This document shows positions 15,861-28,422 of a stretch of 64,000 nucleotides of DNA, one piece after another. Below the pieces are notes generated by a model that worked only from the letters and a program-made list of their open reading frames with translations, did no database searches and had not been told where the DNA came from. Location of the stretch: NCBI RefSeq assembly GCF_009914755.1, contig NC_060929.1; one strand, 5' to 3'. Position 1 is the stretch's first letter, and each line of letters starts with the position of its first letter. Made by a program: the position numbers and the translations under genes. Origin of the DNA: the human T2T-CHM13v2.0 reference genome, Homo sapiens.

Positions 15861-16013
15861 GTTACCGAGGAGACGAGCCTCGTCCTGCAGACCCTCGGAT
15901 ACACGTGCACCTGTCGAGGAATAATCAACGTGAAAGGAAAGGGGGACCTGAAGACGTACTTTGTAAACACAGAAATGTCAAGGTCCCTTTCCCAGAGCAA
16001 CGTGGCATCCTGA
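15861..16013 (+). CDS. ADCY2: Adenylate cyclase 2, coding part of the terminal exon
   Basis: ccttctag|GTT ... TCC TGA; encodes VTEETSLVLQTLGYTCTCRGIINVKGKGDLKTYFVNTEMSRSLSQSNVAS*; VKGKG motif of adenylate cyclases. Confidence 0.97.
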   Translation, partial: VTEETSLVLQTLGYTCTCRGIINVKGKGDLKTYFVNTEMSRSLSQSNVAS

Positions 16014-16651
16014 AGAGTCACCTTCATTTTGGCAAGAAGACTGTATTTTCAGGAAGGTATCACACACTTTCTGACTGCAACTTCTGTCCCTTGTTTTTGA
16101 TGTGCGTGCTGTCTGTCCTATGGAGCCTCTGCAGACTCGTTCTCGTGACCCAGTGGCATACCGTTTGGTGTCTGATGTGTGCCCAGATCGTTCTGCCACT
16201 TGCACTGTGCTTGCTCCTAAGCAAAAGGGAAAAGGAGCGCGCGTGATAGAAGAAAAGCACTGGGAGAACTAACAGAGGAGAAAGGTGAAACACACACACA
16301 TTCTTAAGGCAATAAAACTAGGGGGTGTATATTATCTTCTGGTGCATGTTCTTTTCTGGAAAATATGGTAGCTCGCCAACCGCATCTGCTCATCTGATAT
16401 TCAAACACACAGTATTCGTGAATAAGTTGATTCTGTCCCCCACGTGGACTCTGTGCTCACCCATTGTCTCATTGCCAGTGGTGTCCAAGGGCCCCCGTTG
16501 GGACCCACGGCTCTCGTCCCTCTGCTCCGTGTGTCTCATGCCAGCAGCACGTCGCCATCCGTCACCAGAATTAGTCCTCACAGCCTAGGACCAGTTTTGT
16601 ATCAAACTCGTCTGATGTTTTGATGCCATTTGTCTTTTGTAAAGTTAATTC

Positions 16652-16657
16652 ATTAAA
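16652..16657 (+). terminator. Candidate proximal polyadenylation signal of ADCY2
   Basis: ATTAAA with TGTA motifs upstream and a U/GU-rich tract downstream (about 16685-16750). Confidence 0.55.
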
Positions 16658-17454
16658 AGTTTTATGTACTTTGATTTACAGTGCCTGTATCTTTTATTTT
16701 CCTGTCTTCTTTCTCCTGTGGTTTGCTCCAGAATTAAGGTTTGTTTTCCATCCATTCTCCCTTTTGACACAGTTGTTTCAGAAAGAGCTCTCCAGAAGCC
16801 AATATTGAGATGTAATTCAGATTAGGACACAGTGTGTGACGCAGATAACTGGTTACTCAGCTCCCTGGAAAGCAGGCAAGCATGTTGAATGTATCTAGTG
16901 GTCTGATTTTAATTTGGGCATCTCTAGAGAACGCTTTCAGGGAAAAATACTTTAATAGTAAAAAGATTCTCTGCGAGCAACAGTGCCCCCTCCGTCCACT
17001 ACGCTCCTGTCTCCAAGAATGTTTTGCTAGAGCTAACAGACATAGACTGCAAAAGAATAATTTGGAATCAGCTATGCAAATCAGTCTCACAATAGCGTGA
17101 GCTAACTGAGAGAAGTACTAAGACCCACAAACTGCCTGTTAAGTCTGAGAAGGCTAAAGAAGACACACAGCCAACGTTCATGCATTTTTAAAGACAGAAG
17201 GCCTTGAAGAATTTGTTCTTGTAAATCCAACACAAGTTGTTTGGTACTTTTAACATAAAGAAATCATACTTTGCCAAATAGTGAAAAGTAGAGCAATCGT
17301 GTATAAGCTAATGTTTAAAAGCAAAACTGCAAATTGTAGCCCAGTTGGTCAAACTTGTTTTCTTTTTATAACTCATGGCAGGCATCTGTAAGAAGTAGAG
17401 AACCCAGATGATCTCTTAGGAAGCCTTTTATTCGTGGGAACTCGAACTTGAAGC

Positions 17455-17625
17455 ACAAGTTCCTGGTTTGAATCCTGGCTCTGATTTTTTACTGGCTGTG
17501 TGACTTTGAACACATCTCTTAGTCCCTCTTAGGAGTACTTTCCTTATTGGCAACTTATGGAATCGCTAGTGATTAAACGAGGCAATGACTGTGAGAGAGC
17601 CTGGCAGGTGCCCCGTGGTACATTC
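17455..17625 (+). mobile_element. MIR SINE fragment
   Basis: GGTTTGAATCCTGGCTCTG ... CTGGCTGTGTGACTTTG core. Confidence 0.65.
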
Positions 17626-18244
17626 ACAGCACGGGCACAGCTGCTGTGCCAGGACTGTGACTCATTCCCAGTAAAAGGCACTTATCGAAGCTGATAACCG
17701 TCCTTCATCACCGAAGTGTGAGTAGAGCATGACTTATTTAGTATTCTGCCTCAATGGGGAATTTTTTGATCCTGTAATCACAACTCAGCATTGGCCTTAA
17801 TATACCTAAATCTCCAAAAACAGTGATTAAAGCAAGAGAATTATTACAAGGGCTTTTCTCTTTCCTCTAACTCATTCTTCACGGATGCCGTAGCGTTTCC
17901 GTGAGCTCAAACTGGCCTTGGTGTAAAATGTGTAAGGATGAGCAGCAGGCGTGCCTCGTGGGTTCTTCCTCTGTTACATCCTGCTACACTCATCTGCAGG
18001 TCACCTTAGTTCACCTACCCTGAGTGAACACCCCCAGCTGGGTGGTCCACCAAGTTCTCATAAACAGAGTCCCTCCCATTCCCCCACGGGGTGCACCGAA
18101 CTTGGGTTTGCGCTAAAAAGAACTCAAAAGGAGAACTGTGCTCTCCCAAAGCCATATCACCAGTCTTACCAAACAATAGGCTTTTAAAAGCACTGAGTCA
18201 TTGTCAGAATCCACTATGGGAAGCTCTGTGTGTACCTGGTCCCT

Positions 18245-18425
18245 TCTAGGTGTGGTCCCATAGGAGCAGCCTTAGCATCCCCTGTGAACTTATCAAAAAT
18301 GCAAATTCTCAGGCCCCAACCTGAAGGAGGACCCTGAATTTGAGATCCCCGGGGCTGGGGCCCAGCACAACTGCTGTTTAGTGAACAGGTTCTCCAGGTG
18401 ATTCTGATCCCTGATCAAGCTTCAG
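18245..18425. mobile_element. MER5A-like hAT-Charlie element
   Basis: AAATGCAAATTCTCAGGCCCC ... GGGGCCCAGCA ... CCAGGTGATTCTGAT motifs. Confidence 0.7.
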
Positions 18426-18940
18426 ACCTCCCTCCCTCCCCAGTGTTTTTGCAGGTGAGGAAACAGGGGCAGAGTAATTCAGGCACATGTGTTCAGAGTT
18501 CCACAGTTGATTAGCAGTTGAGGCCAGGCTAGAATGGAAAACTGCCTGTTCCTTGAATCTGAAAGAGCATTATTCCTGGTCAAAGCTCCTTAAAGTTCTG
18601 GGCAGCTAAAAGCATCCCTGTGAGCAAAAATGCCAGGCAGAAAACTGGCAGTGCACCTCTCATCAGCCCAGGTCCCAGTGCCATTGGCTTCAAGAAAAAA
18701 AAAAATCTCTCCCCAATGCTCTCCTTAACCTTTAAGTCTTACAGGAAGCCTCTCATAGAAATTGCCTCCAGTCCAGTTTCCCAAAAACCCCAGTGTTTTA
18801 CATATCTGTTTAGGAGTGTCTAAGTTTTGTCATCAATCCACGATGTTATTCTTCCTTCCCAACTCACTGTGCTCCTAAAGGCAGCAACCATTCATCTTTC
18901 CTTTGCTCTGGATACACCGAATGACCAGGTAACATCATCA

Positions 18941-19241
18941 GGCCGGGTGCAGTGGCTCCTATAATCCCGATATTTTGGGAGGCCGAGGAGAGAGGATCAC
19001 TTAAGCCCAGGAGTCTGAGACCAGCCTGGGCAACATAGCAAGACCCCCATCTCTGCAAAAAAATAAGAAAATTAGCTTGGCATGGTGGCACGTGCCTGTA
19101 GTCCCAGCTACATGGGAGGCTGAGGTGGGAGGATCACTTGAGCCCAGGAAGTCCAGAACGTAGTGAGCCTTGATTATACCACTGCACTCCAGCCTGGGTG
19201 ACAGAGCGAGACTCTGTCTCAGAAAAAAAAAGAAAGAAAAA
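18941..19241 (+). mobile_element. Alu SINE (AluJ-like) downstream of the ADCY2 stop
   Basis: Dimeric Alu with A-rich tail. Confidence 0.93.
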
Positions 19242-20679
19242 GCAACATAATTGCCCAGTGATGAAAATTTGATAAACCAAAACAATCCATTAATATAAGA
19301 AGATATGATGTGTGATGGCTTTAACAAGCATTCATGCATTGGCTTTAAATGATAAACACTGGGATACCGAGAGAAATATACTTCATTTTCTCTTATGGCC
19401 TAACAAATGTGAGATCTTTTGAAATCTTGGCCAATTACAGCCCTGCCTTTTGAAAGTCAGTATGTAGTAGAAGGTGAAGGGAGTAAGGTCTGACTGAAAG
19501 TAAATGAAAATAATTTAGTTTGACTTTGATTTATTACAGTCACTTACAGATGCCTTGTCTTTGTTGAAATCAAGTCTGAATAATGAATAATTTATAAATA
19601 TTTCTATAACCCAAACTTTATATATTTTCTATTATGTTACTATAAATATGGTATAATGCACCCAAAGGCATTCGAAATAAACTACTGCCATTTGTTTGAA
19701 ATAAATAAAAGACACCTACACTGAAAAACTGTTTTCAAAAAAATAAAGAAATACTTAGGAGTCACTCAGCCTTGAAATTGCCGGAATTCAGTGTCATTTA
19801 TTTTTAGAGAATCCTTTTTCCATATTCAAAACAATAAAACCAGTGATGGAGCGATCAGTATTGAAATTAATTAGGCCACCTGCCCATTCACTGCTAAACT
19901 GTGGGAAATTTAATCATGGTAGATGAGAGATGATTTCTTCCAAGGGATCCATTCATTAAAAATGTAGCTGATGATACTTTAATACTTGGGTAAGTTTCAA
20001 ATTATCTCCAAAGTAAGTATTTCCAACTTAGGTTATAAGCGACTGCTTCCAAAAAGAAGACTGTTTAAAGTCAAGTCATTGCTGTGATGACGGGGCACTG
20101 GGTGGGGCACACACTGGGTACCTGTGTTATGCCTGTGCTCCAGCAGCTCATTGCCTCCCGCATGAACTCTTCTAGGTTTGGAAATTCCACTTTAAATATG
20201 AGGAAATGTCTGCTCATGTAGATGATATGACTTGCCCTAGAACACAAATCTAGAAAATGCAGCAACCAGAATTTTACCCAAGTTTGTTGAACACCGAAAT
20301 CTAGCCTCTTCCCATGACTGGCCCCCTCTCTCTGAGCAGTAATAGTGAGCATTGCTGGCCACCAGGGCCACCCATCCTTACTAGGGCTCCTGGTCCCTAC
20401 TGCACAAAATTCTGTTATTTGGGATTCAGACCTCTGGAAAAACAAAAATGGAGTTTCTAGAGTTCAATTGTGCCAAAAGACAATTGTCATCACATCTCCT
20501 CTTGGAGAAGGGAACATGTCAGGGTTGTTTGTGTTCAGGCAGCAGGAGTTCCCCTAACTCGTGGGAAAAGCAACTGCACCTCACTCCTGTGACTGCCTCC
20601 CCAAAGAATCCTGGCAAATGTAGAGAGCCAGTGAACAGAAACCAACCCAACAGTTACCAAGGGGAAACAAAGTTTTCAT

Positions 20680-20685
20680 TTTATT
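20680..20685 (-). terminator. Candidate polyadenylation signal of CFAP90
   Basis: AATAAA on the - strand about 300 nt after the stop, followed on the - strand by GU-rich CTGTTGGGTTGGTTTCTGTT. Confidence 0.65.
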
Positions 20686-20985
20686 CAGGTGCTCACAATG
20701 AATCGGTCTCCAGATTCATTTGATCAAAAATAATTCCAGCTGAAAATCATCACATCAGAGACTCTTCACATGTACTAAAGGTGTTGTTGGTCAGGCTCCT
20801 AACCCAGCAACCTGAGGGGGGCTGCTAACGTGTTCATGTGTCCCACTGTAGAGATGCAACACAGGCATAGCCAAGCTCCTAGGCGTCATGAGAAGGGGAA
20901 AGGAGGCTCCAGATGCCACCTTCTCGCTGTGCAAACTTGCCAGGCCACAGGGTATCGGACATGCCCTGTGGGCCACGGGGATGCT

Positions 20986-21165
20986 TCAGGATGGAGCAAT
21001 GTGCCCAAAGCCGGGTTCCTTGAGGCTGGGGATGTCGTTCTTCCTGTAGAAGTCAGCCTGCACATGGTTGGCACGGCCAAAGTCCCGGTTTAGGGGCTCA
21101 ATGGGCTGATTGATGCGCTTCCCATAGACAGAAGACGTCAGCACTCCAACCGGCCTCTCCTGTTC
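20986..21165 (-). CDS. CFAP90: CFAP90 (C5orf49) exon 3, coding part
   Basis: ttcaccag|GAA ... TCC TGA; encodes [59 protein letters not shown] (59 aa); the three exons sum to 147 aa. Confidence 0.93.
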   Translation of the reverse strand, partial: EQERPVGVLTSSVYGKRINQPIEPLNRDFGRANHVQADFYRKNDIPSLKEPGFGHIAPS

Positions 21166-21620
21166 CTGGTGAAAGTTATCAAAGCACATAGTCAGCACCA
21201 CTGCATTCGCCAGCACAGCTCACCCGTGCATCCATCAGCCTGGGTCCTGGGAGCTTTTTCTGCCTGGGTCCCACCATGGTAGACCAAGAGGGAACCTCCA
21301 CGCTGAAGCCAGGGGCTTCACAGGGAAGTAGCCTATGGCAGGGAACCGTTGAATTTGCTAGAAGGCTGGCTGGTGTATTCATTGGACATGTTGGGAAACT
21401 GTGCCGGACCATTTGCTCTACCCGTTTGTCCCTGTGCTCTTCCTGGTCATTTCCCAGCTCCTGCTGCTGCTGGTCCCTTCCCACCACCCAGATCCTGGCT
21501 CAGATGTCCAGGTCCTCCCTGACCCCTCCCCTCCCCAGCTCCCTGCTCATCCCTCTCACTTTCCCCATCTTACATCCTCACATGGCTTCCTCTTCCCTCA
21601 TACCACTCATCACTACCTAG

Positions 21621-21969
<349 letters not shown>

Positions 21970-22395
21970 TGAGAGGGCTTTTTTCTGAAAAACTACCTGC
22001 CACAGTTTTCTCCTGAGGAAGACAATAACTTTGCATCAACTTAGAATGCACCACATGTGCTGGTTATGGTGGCTTGGTAACTAAACTTGGAAGAAATGTT
22101 CTCGTGTGTGCAATTTCTGCTCCGCAAGACCAACTTTTCTAGAAAAATTATGAAAGCCAGGACTCAGAGGTTAAGCAGAGACTTGTTTTATCCGTTGAAG
22201 GGAATGTCTTAGCTTTGCTGTCCTTAAATTGTTAAATTCTAAAGAACCAAACAACAATATCAAGAAAAATACACAATGACATGACTGAATAGAGGGAACT
22301 ATATATAATAGTACCTTAGCCTTAGCTTCTTGGCACAAAAAGATAGAGGAGAGCTGCATAAAGAAAATTACATAGAGCAGCTGAGCACAATATTA

Positions 22396-22823
22396 AATAT
22401 GTATGTGTATATGCACACACACATGCATGTACACACATATGTACACACATGTACATGCATACAATATACACACATGTGCATGATATATACATGTATTCAC
22501 ACATATATACACACATAATATATACACATCCACCTACATATGCACATATGCATGCATCTATACACATATTTACACACATTCACAAGCAGGCACACACACA
22601 TGCACACACATATACACACATATATAATACATACACACATGCATATACACAAACACATGCACACATATATACACACAGGTACACATATTACACATATACC
22701 CACACACAAACATATGTACAACATATACAAATATACATATCTGTACATACATATACACACATATATACATACACACATGTACACACATGTATGCCTATAT
22801 ACATGCATACACATATACACATA
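22396..22823. repeat. Long degenerate (CA/TA)n purine-pyrimidine simple repeat
   Basis: About 430 nt of CACATATACACACAT-type alternation; source of the His/Thr/Tyr-rich pseudo-ORFs. Confidence 0.93.
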
Positions 22824-24065
22824 CAGTCATGTGCCACATGACATTTTACTCAATGATGGATCTCATATACGACGGTAGTCCCGTAAGGTTATAATATTAA
22901 GTTGGTGCAAAAGTAATTGCTGTTTTTGCCATGAAAATGTCAAAACCTAATAGAACTGAAAAATTCCTATCACCTAAGGATGTCATAACTGTTGTCATGT
23001 CATAGTGCAACACATTCCTAATGTGTTTGGGTGATGTTGGTGAAAATAAACCTACTGTGCGGCCAGTCATATAAAACATGGTACATACAATTATGTACAG
23101 CTCATAGTACTTGACAATAATAATAAATGACTATGTTACTGGTTTATGTATTTATTATATTTTTTATCACTATTTTAAGAGTGTACCCCTTCAACTTATT
23201 TTTAAAAGTTAACTGTAAAACAACCTCAAGCAGGTTCTTTAGGAGGTATTCCAGAGAAGACATTGTTAGCCTAGGAGATGACAGCTCCATGCGTGTTGCG
23301 TGACGTCGCCTTTGAAGACCTTCCAGTGGGACAAGATGTGGAAGTGGAAGGCAGTGATACTGATGATCCTGACCCTGTGTAGGCCGAGGCTAAGGTGTGT
23401 GTTTGTGTCTTAGTTTTTAACCAAAAACTTTAAAAGCTTAAAAAAATTAAAAATAGACATAAAGATCTAAAGAAAGAAAATATTTTTGTACAGCTGTACA
23501 ATGTGTGTTTTAAGCTAAGCGTTACTACAAAAGAGTCATAAAAGTTTTTAAAATTAAAAAGTTTATAAGGTTAAGAAGTTACAGTAAGCTAAGGTTCATT
23601 TATTATTGAAGAAAAAAATTTAAAATAAATGTAGTGTAGCCAAAGTGTACAGTGCTTATGAAGTCTAGGGTAGTGTACAGTAATGTCCTAGGCCTTCACA
23701 TTCACTCACCACTCACTCCCTGACTCACCCAGAGCAACTTCCAGTCCTGCAAGCTTCATTCATGGTAAGTAAATGATATACAAGTGTATCATTTTTATCT
23801 TTTATACTATATTTTTACTGTACCTTTTTATGTTTAGATACAAAAATACTTAGCATTGTGTTTTAATCCTTTACAATATTTTATACATAACACACTGTAC
23901 AGATTGGTAGCCTAGGAGTAATAAGCTGTACCATATGGCCTAGGTGTGGAGTAAGCTATGTCATCTAGGTTTGTGTTAAGTACACTCTGATGTACACTCA
24001 GTGACAAGATCACCTAGCAATGAATTTCTCAGAATGAATCCCTGTTGTTAAGCAAGGCATGACTG
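22824..24065. mobile_element. Tigger3/Golem-family DNA transposon (Tigger3b-like, non-autonomous)
   Basis: TA|CAGTCATG ... CATGACTG|TA terminal inverted repeats with TA duplication; internal GAAGACCTTCCAGTGGGACAAGATGTGGA and CACTCACCACTCACT motifs. Confidence 0.85.
22897..22950. mobile_element. MADE1 (Hsmar1 MITE), internally deleted, nested in Tigger3
   Basis: TA|TTAAGTTGGTGCAAAAGTAATTGCTGTTTTTGCCAT ... AACCTAA|TA. Confidence 0.85.
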
Positions 24066-24103
24066 TACATACACCCCGCACCAAACACACATACACACAC
24101 GTA

Positions 24104-24459
24104 CAAGCATACCTCAGAGATATTGCAGGTTTGGTTCTAAACCACGGCAATAAATATTACTATTAAGTGAATCATACAAACGTTTTGGTGTTCCAGTGCA
24201 TATACAAGTTACGTTTACACTATACTATAGTATATTGAGTGTGCAATAGCATTATGTCTGAAAAATGTACAGATCCTAATTTGTAAATACTTTATTGTTA
24301 AAAAATGCTGACACAGAGATAGGAAGTGAGCACACGCTGTTGGAAAAATGGCACCAATAGACTTACTTGACATAAGGTTGCCACAAACTTTCAATTTGTA
24401 AAAAATACAGTATCTATGAAGCCTAATAAAGTGAAGTGTAATAAAACTAGATATGCCTC
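24104..24459. mobile_element. Internally deleted Tigger1-type element
   Basis: TA|CAAGCATACCTCAGAGATATTGCAGGTTTGGTTC ... AATAAAACTAGATATGCCTC|TA; both ends resemble Tigger1 termini. Confidence 0.78.
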
Positions 24460-24513
24460 TATAAAGTTTTGTTAATCTGTTGACAACTTGTTAATATTCT
24501 GTCTTAATATTAC

Positions 24514-24630
24514 CTCTTCGTTAACATGAAGTCCCAGGCTTTTTGCATGTTCTCTGTCATCTCGGTGCAACTTGTGATCATAATCTAGGCGCCTCTTAAA
24601 AATACAATCATAGAGGGAAATAATTCCTGT
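24514..24630 (-). CDS. CFAP90: CFAP90 (C5orf49) exon 2
   Basis: ttttcctag|ACA ... GAG|gtaata; 117 nt encoding [39 protein letters not shown]; phase 0/0. Not in the ORF track. Confidence 0.93.
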
Positions 24631-24971
24631 CTAGGAAAAAAAAGAGAAAGAAAGCCATGGGTTAATTTGAAGGCTGGGTCATTGAGGCCCGATGGAGCAC
24701 AGATGCCAGTTCTTTCCCAAGGGAGGCTGGAGGTGCATGTGGTGAGTATGTGGTAGGAAAGTTCACCTCACCAAGCAGAACCAGCTGTGACGTGGAGCAG
24801 GGAGAAGCCCAGGCCTCACCAGCAAGAGAAGTTTGCTGAGAGGCCCAGTATGAAGCAGGGACATTTTCATGGCACTTCTCAACTTTCTCCTCCCTTGTTG
24901 ACAGAGGTGGCTCCCCAAGCTGTCTTGCTGTCTGACTCCATTGCTAGAGCTCAAACTTTAAAATAAAAATG

Positions 24972-25335
24972 TGTCCTAGTCCATTCAGGCTGCTGTAACA
25001 AAATACCATATAGACTGGGTGACTTATAGGCAACAGCAGTGTATTTCTCACAGTCCTGGAGGCTGCAAAGTCCAAGTTCAAGGCCCTGTGAGATTGGGTG
25101 TCAGGTGAGGGCTCAATTTATGATTCACAGGTGGTGTCTTCTCCCTGTATCCTCACATGCTGGAAGGGCAAACAAGCCCCCTCACGCTTCTTTTATAAGG
25201 GCACTAATTCCATTTATGAGAACTCTACCCTCAGGCCTAATCCCCTCCCAAAGGCCCCGCCTCCCAATACCACCACATGGGGGTGAGGCTTCAACGTACG
25301 AATTTGGGGAGACACAAACATTCAGACCATAACAA
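24972..25335 (-). mobile_element. MaLR solo LTR (MLT1A-like)
   Basis: TGTCCTAGTCCATTCAGGCTGCTGTAACAAAATACCATA ... GACACAAACATTCAGACCATAACA. Confidence 0.82.
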
Positions 25336-25494
25336 AATGACATTTCTAAGGTTATATATGTGTGTACTTTTCCTTCATTTCTACTTGTCTTGTGTTCTCA
25401 AATTCTCTATAATAAGCCTGAGCTTCTTTGAAAAACAAACAATACCTACATACTAGGATAATGAAACTTAACAGGAGTCATCCTTTAAGTCGCT

Positions 25495-26112
25495 AGTGCA
25501 GGAGCCAAGGGCAGACGTCTTCTCTGCCTTCTGAAGGTTGCCTGAAAATCAACTGACAGAAGGGAGATTAAAAGAAGAAAGGGCATACACATTTTTATTA
25601 ATGTGCATGGGGGACATCTCAGGGTGATTACCCCACCATACCATGGGCTACAGATGCTTGTATAGCCTTCTTCATACGAGAAAGGAAGATGGGGAAATGC
25701 GGATGATTTTAGGGAGGTAGTAAGTTATTTTTAGGGGGATACAATGGGCTTGGAGAAGATACAATGGTCTGGGAGAAAGTCTGTTTGGCCCACAGAGCAG
25801 ATGATGGTCTATGACAAAAGTCTGTCCAGGTGTCTTAACAGACTTCAACCTGTCTTCCCATGACATGAATGCAGTTAATGAAAACTCAGGGAAGGTACCA
25901 GGGGTCATTGTTTTCTTCTTTGGTGAGTCTAGACTTCAGGCAGATAAGCGAACTTTAGAGACCAACTTCATCAAGTGCTTTGGGAGAGACAAGATTGAGA
26001 GACAAGAACCAGGGGTGGGGGTAGGGGGTGGTCAGAGAAAACTTGAGCCTTCTTCTTGAGGCCAGAGTGTCAGAGTGCCATATTTTGGTGTATTGGTTCC
26101 TGAACTCTAACA
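25495..26112 (-). mobile_element. Probable ERV1 (MER4-group) solo LTR
   Basis: Ends ...TTCCTGAACTCTAACA; internal polyA-like TTTATTAA; composition typical of an antisense LTR. Subfamily not resolved. Confidence 0.5.
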
Positions 26113-28059
26113 CTAGCCAAGAGTCAGGCTATGTGCAAACCCCTCTCTTGAGAGATAAAAGTATTTTTTCTTTAATCATAGGTGATAAGTGTAACACTTG
26201 GTAATCCATATATATATGAATACATATATTTAATATACATGTATATATCATATGTATGTAATTTACATACATGCACAACTCTGATGTATTAGAAAATGAC
26301 CCATTAACAGAGCCATTATCTGTATTATCTCCATTTTATCATCCCAACTTTTTCTGAGTACAAAAGAAAATCTTCCTTGTTCGGTATCTAGTAAAAGAAA
26401 AAAGAATGCATGTGTTAGCTGGTCTTTAATCTTCACCTTGTAGGTCAGGCTTGTCATTTATGTTATTCCAGCTGCCTTAAATCTTCCAGCAGCACACTCA
26501 GACATGTCTCCATGGGATTTGGGAGCATTAGGTCTCTAGCTTATGCTTGGTTGGTTTTGTTTTGTTTTGTTCCCAGATAGTGATGCTAGAATGATTCCCT
26601 CCAACAGGAGGATACAGAGGTAGAAGTAGGCAGTGAAAAGGATGCAAGACTTTATACAGTATGTTGGAAAATACATAATGCCCACTCACACTGACTGCAG
26701 GAACTTGGCACTCTGGCCAGTAGTGGGAATAACTAGAGCATAACGTAGCTTTGGCCAATCCTTAGCAAATCATTCACAGATCATCTGTCATGTGAAACAT
26801 GCTGTGCTCCTGCTGAGGGAATTTAGAAGATAACTCAGACGTGGCTACTGTCCTCACTCAAAGAGCCGTCTAGTAAGGACACAACATGGTCTTTAAGAAT
26901 TATTACTTTAAGATTCATAAGAATTCCAACAGTAACATGTGTAAGGCCCCTGGCCAGCCACTGCGGGATCCTGGTATGTCTTAGTTCAGAGTCACTCTAA
27001 TCCGCTTGAAGGAGGAAAGCAACCTCCAACCAGGAGCTGTGGCTTCTGCCTCTGTGCCTCTGCTGGCCATTTTATGAGTTCACCAGACACAAGCATCTCT
27101 TATCATTGTCTTCACTCTCACTCAACTTCTGGATGTGTTCATGTCAAACCACCCTGGCCTTCATGTCTCCTGATGGCAACCTACCCTATAGCTATGTACC
27201 CATAGGATTTTTTAAAAGCCTGAATCAATGGAGAATTGATAAGCCTTTCAACATTTAGTATTGTGACAATTGGCTAGTTTTTTGGACCTTCACATCACAT
27301 TATAGCCAAAAGTAAATTCTGGATGATGAGAAAAATAGGAGAAAAAGAAAACCCATTAGAAAACTCGTACACATGAAAACAATAGGAAAAATGTCAGAAA
27401 ATATCAATCACTTTGACTACATACAAATTAGACATCTGCTTATCAAATAAAATGAAAACTTTAAAAAAACATTTTAAGACATGATAGAGAAATCTCGATA
27501 TCTTTAATATCCATAACATAGGCAGCTGTTGGTACAGAAGCTAATTTGCTGCTGGCCTGCAGAGGCTAAGCAAACATTTTTGGGATGGGCCGCCCAGTAA
27601 CACACAGGAAGCCCAAGTATACCACACACATTCTGCAAGGATGAGGGAGGATAAATTCTCCAGAGTAAAGACATTGCCACCCAGACCTTTCCTTTGAGAT
27701 TCAGAGACACTGGCCAGCCAATAGCTTGATCTCCATCACCCCCATGCCACCCCACATACGCCCAATATTTTAAGGGATTCAATAGTAGCCAGGCTCTTGC
27801 TCATCATCTAGGTGTCCTATTGCCTTTGGAATCCCTCCTGACCTGGCTGACCCTGTTCCATGCGTTTTGGGGAGAACAGCTGCAGTGTACAACGTGAAGA
27901 CCTAGTCTCTAGAACTGAACCCCTGGGAGAAAGCTACACCCATGGCCAAGAAGCACTCTCTCCTCCTGCACCCTGAGAACCTTGTGGCAAAGTGGTGTTG
28001 TCTGGTGGCCCCTCAAACCCTATAATGCTCCCTGCAGGTGGGCAGCCACCCTCACCCAG

Positions 28060-28422
28060 TGTATTAGTCTGTTTTCATGCTGCTGATAAAGACATACCCA
28101 AGACTGGGCAATTTATAAAAGAAAGAGGTTTAATGGACTTATAGTTCTGTGTGGATGATGTGTGGGGAGGCCTCACAATCATGGCAGAAGGTGAAAGGCA
28201 CTTCTTACATGGTGGCAGCCAGAGAGAGAGCTTGTGCAGGGAACTCCCCTTTTTAAAACCATCAGATCTCATGAGACTCATTCACTAACGCAGTAACAGC
28301 ACAGGAAAGACCCACCCCAATAATTCAATCACCTTGTACTGGGTTCCTCCCACAACACATGGGAATTGTGGGAGTTACAATTCAATATGAGATTTGGGTG
28401 GCGACACAGCCAAACCATATCA
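28060..28422 (-). mobile_element. THE1 MaLR solo LTR
   Basis: TGTATTAGTCTGTTTTCATGCTGCTGATAAAGACATACCC ... CAAACCATATCA with a perfect 5-bp TSD CCCAG. Confidence 0.9.

Larger units (their letters stand above)
16014..19730 (+). other. ADCY2: ADCY2 3' UTR (3' end uncertain; several candidate polyA sites)
   Basis: Follows the stop codon; AATAAA at 16311, ATTAAA at 16652, AATAAA cluster at 19676-19838; contains MIR, MER5 and Alu fragments. Confidence 0.55.

Noticed and set aside
21155-21168. Tandem AG acceptors at CFAP90 exon 3 (CAG GAA CAG GAG)
   Set aside because: Alternative use would remove only 2-3 residues; nothing in the sequence shows they are used.
22322-22878. His/Thr/Tyr- and Cys/Val-rich ORFs
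   Set aside because: Translation of a (CA/TA)n simple repeat.
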